A stretch of DNA of 64,000 nucleotides from contig JAXGMA010000001.1 in assembly GCA_040768905.1 (NCBI GenBank), positions 207,009 through 271,008 on the forward strand, read 5' to 3'. Source of the DNA: Christensenellales bacterium (GTDB lineage Bacteria; Bacillota; Clostridia; Christensenellales; SZUA-584). The notes beneath the pieces are model-generated. The model worked only from the letters and a program-made list of their open reading frames with translations. It was not told the DNA's origin and did no database searches. Below are positions 57,211-64,000 of the stretch, in pieces. The stretch's first letter is position 1. Each line of letters starts with the position of its first letter. Both the position numbers and the translations under genes were made by a program.

Positions 57211-59595
57211 ATGAAAGCTGTTGTGATGGCGGGCGGTGAGGGCAAGCGCCTTCGGCCGCTGACCTGCGCTGTGCCAAAACCCATGGTGCCTATCCTTGAT
57301 AAGCCGATGCTCGAATACGCACTCGAGCATCTTTTAAATCACGGCATAAAAGAAGCGGCGCTGACGCTCGGGTATCTTCCCTCCGTGATCACGGACTATT
57401 TTGACAAGCACAGGCCGCAAGGGATGGAGCTCACATATTACATCGAAGATCAACCTTTGGGTACGGCCGGCAGCGTAAAAAATGCCCAAAATTTTATTGA
57501 CGGCCGTTTTGTCATACTCAGCGGAGATGCGCTGACCGACATTGATCTTAAGCATGCTGTCAGTGCGCATGCTCAAAGCGGTGCCAAAGCGACCATCGTG
57601 TTAAAGCGCATGGGCAACCCTCAAGGGCTCGGTGTGGTCATCACAGCGCCGGACGGAACAGTGAAGAGATTTGTGGAAAAACCGGGCTGGGAGGACGTTT
57701 TTTCGGATGCTGTCAACACGGGGCTGTATATCCTTGAGCCTGAAGTGATAGACTTAATCCCCAAAGGCCAAAAATTTGATTTTGCCAAAGATGTGTTCCC
57801 GCTGATGATGAAAAAAGGCATGCGCATTCACGGGCATCTCGCGGACGGCTATTGGTGCGATGTCGGCAGCGTGGAAAGCTATATCCGCTCTCATGAAGAT
57901 TTGCTTGCCGGCAAAGTCAAGGCGCGCATAAAAGGGCAAAATATCGCGGGCATCTTCGCGGGAGACGGCGTTTTGCTGAGCGATTCTGCGCTGCTGAAGC
58001 CGCCCGTTTTTCTGGGCGCAGGTGCGCACATCGGGGATGGCGCTAAGATCGGGCAGTATTCATGTATCGGTGCTGGCGCGCGTGTGTGCGCACATGCAAG
58101 CGTTAAGCGCAGTGTGGTCAATAGCGGCGCGCGTGTCGGGCGCCGTGCGAATCTGAGCGGGTGTGTGGTGGCGTCGGGCAGCGCAGCCGGCGAAGGCTGC
58201 AGCATATTCGAGGCTGCGGTCGTCGGGGAAAGATGTGCACTCGGAAAAAGCAGCCGTGTCGCGCCGCATGTGCGCATTTGGCCGGAAAAAAGCATTGGGT
58301 ACGGTGCGTCCGCCAACGAAAACATCATCTTCGGCCACGGTGAACACACAGGGCTGATAACAAGCTCGGGATTCGTCGGAGACCTCGGCGTGGATCTCAC
58401 AACACTTCGGCTCTCACGCCTTTTAGGCGCCGTTGCGGAGTTTATATCTGGAAAAAGCGTTGCCGTTTGCACAGACGGTTCAGCGGTATGCAGCGCGGCA
58501 GGCAAGATGGCTGCAGGGATATTCACATTCAGCGGGGCGGATGTGTTCTCCATGCAAAGTGTGCCGCGTCCTGTACTTGCGCTTGTGTCCTGCGTGATGG
58601 ATGCAGAACTTTGCGTTGCGCTGCACGCGCACAGCCAAATGCTTTACGCTGACATATTTGAACCCGGCCTTTTTATGCTGGGCAAGGCGGCGCGCAGGGG
58701 CATAGAAGACTGCTATTTTTGCCAGGGTGAGAAACTCGCGGACAAAGAGTGCGGAAAAGATACGCAGGTGGGTGCCGCAGAGCAATTCTACATCAATGCC
58801 ATTACACAAAAAACCGACTGGAGCCGAACGACAGCGGCGCATACACGTGTCGTGTTTTCCGGCATGCGCAGCGTCGACACATTGCTTGCGCGCATCCTTA
58901 TATCCTGCGGCATCAAACCCGTACACACAAAGGGCGCTGCTATGCAAGAGGCGCTACGCGATGAAGGTGCGGATTTTGGAGTGTGTATGGCCAAAGACGG
59001 TACGATCTTATCGCTTATCACGCCCAAGGGCCGCAGGCTTTCCGCTGATGAGTGCCGTTTGGTGCTTTATTATCTTTTGTTCAACAGCTTAAACAAGCAA
59101 AACATCAAGCTCCCAAGCAACAGCCTGCGCGGCGCCACTGCACTTGCAGATATTTACGGCATAAGTTATGATTTTACGTCTGAAGAGGAAGCACGAAAAG
59201 ACCTCTCGTCTGATCAGCGGCGGCTGCTTCATGACGGATTCTTTGGGGTTTGCCGGCTGGCGGAGCATATTGCACGCACGGGAGCCACTTTGGATGAGCT
59301 GGCGGCTTTGATATCTTTGCCGCATATCAAAGTGAAGGCAATTGGCTGTGATTACGAGGATATCGGCAGGTTGATCGGGTCAGTCTATGCAATGGGCGGC
59401 GCGTGTGCGAATGAAGGCTTAAGGCTCGAGATCAAGGGCGGCAGCAGCTATATCTGCCCGCACGCATCAAGGCCGATGATAATGATCCGCACCGAGGCAG
59501 ACACAGAGGAGTTTGCTGCGGAGCTTTGTGATATATATACCGGTATCGTTCGCAGCATACTTAATAAACCGCGTCAGGGAAACCCATTAAAATGA
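57211..59595 (+). CDS. fused sugar-1-phosphate nucleotidyltransferase / left-handed beta-helix / phosphohexomutase-like protein
   Basis: MKAVVMAGGEGKRLRPLT...PKPMVPI nucleotidyltransferase N-terminus, hexapeptide-repeat middle, long mutase-like C-terminal half. Confidence 0.65.
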   Translation: MKAVVMAGGEGKRLRPLTCAVPKPMVPILDKPMLEYALEHLLNHGIKEAALTLGYLPSVITDYFDKHRPQGMELTYYIEDQPLGTAGSVKNAQNFIDGRFVILSGDALTDIDLKHAVSAHAQSGAKATIVLKRMGNPQGLGVVITAPDGTVKRFVEKPGWEDVFSDAVNTGLYILEPEVIDLIPKGQKFDFAKDVFPLMMKKGMRIHGHLADGYWCDVGSVESYIRSHEDLLAGKVKARIKGQNIAGIFAGDGVLLSDSALLKPPVFLGAGAHIGDGAKIGQYSCIGAGARVCAHASVKRSVVNSGARVGRRANLSGCVVASGSAAGEGCSIFEAAVVGERCALGKSSRVAPHVRIWPEKSIGYGASANENIIFGHGEHTGLITSSGFVGDLGVDLTTLRLSRLLGAVAEFISGKSVAVCTDGSAVCSAAGKMAAGIFTFSGADVFSMQSVPRPVLALVSCVMDAELCVALHAHSQMLYADIFEPGLFMLGKAARRGIEDCYFCQGEKLADKECGKDTQVGAAEQFYINAITQKTDWSRTTAAHTRVVFSGMRSVDTLLARILISCGIKPVHTKGAAMQEALRDEGADFGVCMAKDGTILSLITPKGRRLSADECRLVLYYLLFNSLNKQNIKLPSNSLRGATALADIYGISYDFTSEEEARKDLSSDQRRLLHDGFFGVCRLAEHIARTGATLDELAALISLPHIKVKAIGCDYEDIGRLIGSVYAMGGACANEGLRLEIKGGSSYICPHASRPMIMIRTEADTEEFAAELCDIYTGIVRSILNKPRQGNPLK

Positions 59596-59598
59596 TTT

Positions 59599-59624
59599 AA
59601 GGCCGCCGGCCGGCGGCCTTTTTT
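59599..59624 (+). terminator. intrinsic terminator
   Basis: AAGGCCGCCGG-CCGGCGGCCTT followed by TTTT. Confidence 0.85.
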
Positions 59625-59764
59625 GTACAAAACGTAAAATATTTCTCCGCTTGCCCAAAGACAGCGCGGATGTGGTATAATAAGCCCCAAAGGCGTATTT
59701 GCGCTGCGCTCCAATAAAAGAAACCTGGACTTTGTTATGGCAGCGAAAGAGAGGACGCATCAAT

Positions 59765-61435
59765 TTGAATAAAAAAGACAAAACGCAAAACATCCGCATC
59801 ATTCCGCTTGGCGGCGTGGGCGAAGTGGGCAAAAACATGTGGGTGATAGAATATCAGGATCAGATACTCGTTGTCGACTGCGGTTTTTGCTTTCCGAGAG
59901 AAGATATGCTCGGTGTTGATTATGTCATACCCGACATCACATACTTAAAAAAGAACAAAGAGAAAATCAAGGCTGTGCTTATCACGCACGGCCACGAAGA
60001 CCATATCGGGGGCACGCCTTATCTGCTGCCTGAGATGGAAGCGCCTGTATACGGAACGGATCTGACTCTCGCGCTTATTGAGACCAAGCTTGCCGAACGT
60101 AAAATAAACGGCCTGGAATTAAACATGATCAGGCCGAACGATTGCTTTGAAGCCGGTGTGTTTAAAATAGAGGCCATCAGGGTCACGCACAGCATCGATG
60201 CAGCATTGGGGTTTGCCATCCATACGCCCGCGGGGACGATCGTGCACACGGGTGATTTCAAAGTGGACTATACGCCCGTTGACGGAAAAGTCATGGATCT
60301 TGCGAAGTTTGCACAGCTGGGCAGCAAAGGCGTTCTTGTGATGTTGTCTGACAGCACCAATGCAGAGACCCCGGGCTATACGATGTCGGAAAGCAAGGTC
60401 GGCGATACTTTTGAGAGTTATTTTGAGAAAGCCAAGGGACGCATCATCGTTGCCACCTTTGCGTCCAATATCCATCGCCTTCAGCAGGTCATCAGCGCGT
60501 CAAAACGTTACGGCCGTAAAGTCTGCTTAACCGGGCGCAGCATGCTCAAGATCGCCAAAGTAGCAAAGCAGCTTGGGTATCTGGAGCTTGACGAGGATAT
60601 GCTCGTTGAGCCGGAAGAGCTGGAAAAAATGAAAAGCTCAAAGATAGCCATACTGACAACGGGCAGCCAGGGCGAAGCGATGTCCGGCCTTGTGCGTATG
60701 GCAGCCGGTGAGCACAAAAAGCTTACCATGATCCCCGGCGATACGGTAATCATTTCTTCAACGCCCATTCCCGGCAATGAGAGATATGTTTCTGATGTTA
60801 TCAACATGCTCTACCGCAAGGGTGCCAATGTGATCAATGAAGGCGTGGCGGACGTTCATGTTTCAGGCCATGCGTGCGAAGAGGAACTCAAACTCCTTAT
60901 ATCGCTGGTCAGGCCGAAATTCTTTGTGCCGATGCACGGCGAATACCGCCATCTTTACCGGCACGCGGCGCTGGCGGAAAGCCTTGGCATCAAAAACAGC
61001 CGCATATTCATTCCGGAGATCGGCAGGGTGATCGAGATCGGCAAAAAGTTCTCCCGCATGGAAGAGTCGGTGCCTTCCGGCAGCGTCATTATCGATGGAC
61101 TGGGCGTGGGCGATGTGGGCACAGTTGTATTGCGTGACAGGAAGCTTTTGTCGCAGGACGGCCTTTTCATCGTTGTGGTCACTATTTCTGCCGAAACGGG
61201 CGAGCTTATTTCAGGCCCGGAGATCATATCGCGCGGTTTTGTGTATATGCGTGAATCCGCGGATTTATTGGAGAACGCACGCAAGATGGTTGTTGATGTG
61301 GTGGCAGACTGTGAGCGCAATGCCATTACCGAGTGGACGACGATAAAAGGACGTATCAAAAAAGCGCTGCGCAGTTTCCTTTATGACAGCACAAAGCGCA
61401 ACCCGATGATACTGCCCGTCATAATAGATATTTGA
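59765..61435 (+). CDS. rnj: ribonuclease J
   Basis: IRIIPLGGVGEVGKNM, HxHxDH (THGHEDHIGG), beta-CASP region. The TTG at 59765 after GAGAGGA is proposed because no ATG precedes the conserved N-terminus. Confidence 0.9.
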   Translation: MNKKDKTQNIRIIPLGGVGEVGKNMWVIEYQDQILVVDCGFCFPREDMLGVDYVIPDITYLKKNKEKIKAVLITHGHEDHIGGTPYLLPEMEAPVYGTDLTLALIETKLAERKINGLELNMIRPNDCFEAGVFKIEAIRVTHSIDAALGFAIHTPAGTIVHTGDFKVDYTPVDGKVMDLAKFAQLGSKGVLVMLSDSTNAETPGYTMSESKVGDTFESYFEKAKGRIIVATFASNIHRLQQVISASKRYGRKVCLTGRSMLKIAKVAKQLGYLELDEDMLVEPEELEKMKSSKIAILTTGSQGEAMSGLVRMAAGEHKKLTMIPGDTVIISSTPIPGNERYVSDVINMLYRKGANVINEGVADVHVSGHACEEELKLLISLVRPKFFVPMHGEYRHLYRHAALAESLGIKNSRIFIPEIGRVIEIGKKFSRMEESVPSGSVIIDGLGVGDVGTVVLRDRKLLSQDGLFIVVVTISAETGELISGPEIISRGFVYMRESADLLENARKMVVDVVADCERNAITEWTTIKGRIKKALRSFLYDSTKRNPMILPVIIDI

Positions 61436-61464
61436 TTCGAACAATAAAAGGAGTGGTTTTTTAA

Positions 61465-61809
61465 GTGCTGGTATACGATAAAGCGCATGATCTTGCGAAC
61501 GAACTGAAAAAATGCCCCGAGTTTTTAGAATACGCAAGGCTCAAGGAGGCCGTCACCGCCGACGAGAAAACTAAGGCGCTGCTGGGCGATTATAAAAAAC
61601 TGCAGCTTGAAGCGCAGGCCGCCTATATCGCGGGCAGTGAGGTTGGCGAGCAGACCATGGAGAAGCTGAAAAAACTTGGCGAACTGCTTGCTTTCAATCA
61701 TGATGTGACGGCTTTTTTTGCCGCGGAGTACCGTTTTCAGACGCTGATGGGCGACATCTACAAAATTCTCGGTGAGGCATGCGATTTCGGGCTTGACTTG
61801 ATCACTTAA
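61465..61809 (+). CDS. YlbF/YmcA-family (UPF0342) regulatory protein
   Basis: 114 aa, helical. GTG start. KAHDLANELKKCPEFLEYARLKEAV pattern. Confidence 0.7.
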   Translation: MLVYDKAHDLANELKKCPEFLEYARLKEAVTADEKTKALLGDYKKLQLEAQAAYIAGSEVGEQTMEKLKKLGELLAFNHDVTAFFAAEYRFQTLMGDIYKILGEACDFGLDLIT

Positions 61810-63086
61810 TGGACACAGGGATTGATATGAACAAAGATAAAAACAAATGGATAAATGATTTGGATTCCACAGCTCAGAAGAAGAAGGCTGCCGCCAATGA
61901 AAACGAGCACACGAGGTCGTTTGTACTTGAAGGCGGAAGCAAAGAGCCGCTTGAGAAGTGTGAAGAGCGCGGGTCACTCAAAGAGGTGCCTAAAGGTCTG
62001 ATGGCATGGCGGTTTGCACGTCCGCTGTTCATCCTGCTTATCAGCGTGGTTATTGTGGTGTTTATCGGAACCGCTGTTTACAACCATATCGAACAAAGTT
62101 ATTTCACCCCGGTTTCGATGCAGCCCGCGCCTGCAAAACGCATTGAAGTCAGGCCTGGCTCATCATTGTCAAGGATCGCCACGCTGCTTTTTGAAGAAGG
62201 CATCATCCGCAACAAATTCGTTTTTCAGATGTATGTGGATCTCAACGACATGGCGGCAAAGCTGCAGGCAGGGCGGTATGATCTTTCTCCGAGCATGGAC
62301 ATGGATGAGATCATAGAGATCCTCGCTGCCGGAGACGGCGGCCGCAAGACCGTGAAAATAACGTTCACCGAAGGTTCGACCATTGAAGATATGGCTGCAA
62401 AGCTTATGAGCACTGAAATGTTTGATTCTAAAAAACACGCGGAGTTTTTGCGGCTCTGCAACGATCCAAAGGCCTTTGTGGATTATGATTTTATCACGGC
62501 GCTTGCGCAGTCAGACAGGCTTGACGGCCGAAAATTTCTGCTGGAAGGTTATCTTTTCCCCGATACATATGAATTCTATATGGATGCGGAGCCGATTGAC
62601 GTTATCAAAAGACTACTCAACCGATTCGACAATATTTTCACGCTGCAATATGAGGACAGGGCAGAAGAACTTGGGATGAGCATTGACGAAATCATGACAC
62701 TGGCTTCAATCATCGAATGGGAAGCGCTGCCCAAAGATTTTAAAAAGGTGTCTTCCGTGTTATATAACCGAATAAACGAAAACATGACATTGGGCTCCTG
62801 CGCGACGCTGCGGTATATCACCGGAGTCAAAAAGCTGGTCTATACTGCTGAGGAGATGGCGATCGCATCGCCTTATAACACCTATATTGTGGTGGGCCTT
62901 CCTGTGGGGCCGGTTGCAAACCCGGGGCAGAAGGCGATAGAAGCGGCGCTTTATCCCGATGAAGAGTTTTTGAGTGAAAAGTATTTGTATTTCTGCAACA
63001 AAGACCCCGAAACAGGTGAGCTTGCGTATGCAAAAACGCTCAAAGAGCATGAAAAGAATGTCGCTGCGTATTCGCATCTTTGGTAG
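61809..63086 (+). CDS. mltG: endolytic murein transglycosylase MltG (YceG-like)
   Basis: N-terminal TM, LEGYLFPDTYEF, SPYNTY, GLPVGPVANPG. TAATG overlap with the upstream gene. Confidence 0.9.
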   Translation: MDTGIDMNKDKNKWINDLDSTAQKKKAAANENEHTRSFVLEGGSKEPLEKCEERGSLKEVPKGLMAWRFARPLFILLISVVIVVFIGTAVYNHIEQSYFTPVSMQPAPAKRIEVRPGSSLSRIATLLFEEGIIRNKFVFQMYVDLNDMAAKLQAGRYDLSPSMDMDEIIEILAAGDGGRKTVKITFTEGSTIEDMAAKLMSTEMFDSKKHAEFLRLCNDPKAFVDYDFITALAQSDRLDGRKFLLEGYLFPDTYEFYMDAEPIDVIKRLLNRFDNIFTLQYEDRAEELGMSIDEIMTLASIIEWEALPKDFKKVSSVLYNRINENMTLGSCATLRYITGVKKLVYTAEEMAIASPYNTYIVVGLPVGPVANPGQKAIEAALYPDEEFLSEKYLYFCNKDPETGELAYAKTLKEHEKNVAAYSHLW

Positions 63087-63088
63087 CC

Positions 63089-64000
63089 ATGGGCAGGATT
63101 GAACTTCTTTCACCGGCAGGCAGCACCGAGAGCCTGCGTGCGGCTGCGGATTTTGGCGCAGACGCCGTATATGCAGCCGGCAAAACGTACGGCCTGCGTG
63201 CTTTTGCGGACAACTTTTCGCCGGAAGAGATCAAAAAAGCGGCGGTGTTTTTGCACAGCCGCGGCAAAAAGATCTATATAACACTCAATGCGGTTTTCCA
63301 TCCGCGTGATTTTGACGGCTTGGATGATTATATAGCCATGCTTTCTGATGCGGGCGTGGATGCGTTTATTGTGACCGACCCGGGTGTGCTGCGCGCCGTC
63401 AGGCAGGCTGCGCCCAAGGTTGAGGTGCACATCAGCACACAGGCCAGCACGAGCAATGCACAGAGCGCGCGTTTTTGGCATGACCATGGCGCGAGCCGCG
63501 TGATACTGGCGCGCGAGCTTTCGCTCGAAGAGATCGCCGGCATCCGTGCGCAAACTCCGGCAGAGCTTGAGCTTGAAGCTTTTGTGCATGGCGCGATGTG
63601 CATCGCGTATTCAGGGCGTTGCCTGCTGAGCAGCGTTTTTACCGGGCGCAGCGGCAACAGCGGCGCTTGTGCCCAACCCTGCCGCTGGGAGTACCATCTT
63701 TATGAAAAAGGATACGATGACGAGTATTTTCCGGCCTATGCGGACGAGCGCGGCACCTATGTGTTCAATTCCAAAGATTTGTGCATGATCGCGTATTTGG
63801 ACGATATGATAAAGGCCGGTATCACGTCGCTGAAAATTGAAGGACGCATGAAATCGGCCTATTATGTGGCGTGTATCACGCATGCGTACAGACAGGCGCT
63901 CAAAGACTTAGAGGCAGGCAGGCCTTTTAACTTAAGTCTGCTTGACGAGATAGCCAAAGCCGGCAGCCGCGCTTACACCACCGGTTTTTACTTCGGCAAT
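63089..64000 (+). CDS. peptidase U32 family protein (5' part; runs off the window)
   Basis: Not in the ORF track because no stop is reached. My own translation gives MGRIELLSPAGSTESLRAAADFGADAVYAAGKTYGLRAF...FVHGAMCIAYSGRCLLSSVFTGRSGNSGACAQPCRW, the U32 signature. Confidence 0.85.
   Translation, partial: MGRIELLSPAGSTESLRAAADFGADAVYAAGKTYGLRAFADNFSPEEIKKAAVFLHSRGKKIYITLNAVFHPRDFDGLDDYIAMLSDAGVDAFIVTDPGVLRAVRQAAPKVEVHISTQASTSNAQSARFWHDHGASRVILARELSLEEIAGIRAQTPAELELEAFVHGAMCIAYSGRCLLSSVFTGRSGNSGACAQPCRWEYHLYEKGYDDEYFPAYADERGTYVFNSKDLCMIAYLDDMIKAGITSLKIEGRMKSAYYVACITHAYRQALKDLEAGRPFNLSLLDEIAKAGSRAYTTGFYFGN

Noticed and set aside
1-64000. Search for CRISPR arrays, rRNA, tRNA, tmRNA, retron/DGR reverse transcriptases and prophage blocks
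   Set aside because: No regularly spaced direct repeats, no cloverleaf-compatible intergenic segments, no RT or integrase ORFs, and no phage structural genes were seen. The intergenic regions are short and are accounted for by promoters and terminators.

Overview
High-GC (about 55-65% on sampled lines) chromosomal segment with Firmicutes/Clostridia-type gene order, almost fully coding and mostly + strand. The conserved backbone is recJ'-relA-dtd-MBL-hemZ, yceD-rpmF, plsX-acpP-rnc, glyA, ackA, zur-znuACB, mtnA, putP, cbpA-like/clpB, rbr, bactofilin, rplS-rbgA-rnhB-yraN, comM-dprA-topA-trmFO-hslVU, rnj, ylbF-like, mltG and a partial U32 peptidase gene. Accessory content: an IS200-type insertion next to a four-gene flavoenzyme/hydrolase cluster, an LRR-FN3 surface protein, a PAS-GGDEF-HD-GYP signalling protein, two odd small membrane proteins, and a three-gene GT-C/PMT/GtrA glycosylation insert. 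The most interesting locus is a sharply bounded, roughly 1.9 kb low-GC islet (about 35189-37137) directly downstream of clpB. It carries two translationally coupled genes: a DUF262 (ParB-like) protein without the usual DUF1524 nuclease, and a 201-aa helical-looking protein with a C-terminal Rx4H (HEPN-like) motif. I propose this as a candidate undescribed two-gene defence or abortive-infection module. Beside it lie a divergent small-gene/XRE pair with three copies of an AGTGATAT operator motif, and an orphan promoter-to-terminator unit that could be an sRNA, a leader or a 40-codon sORF. No rRNA, tRNA or CRISPR array was found. All functional calls rest on motifs read from the ORF translations and on synteny; no database or HMM search could be run.
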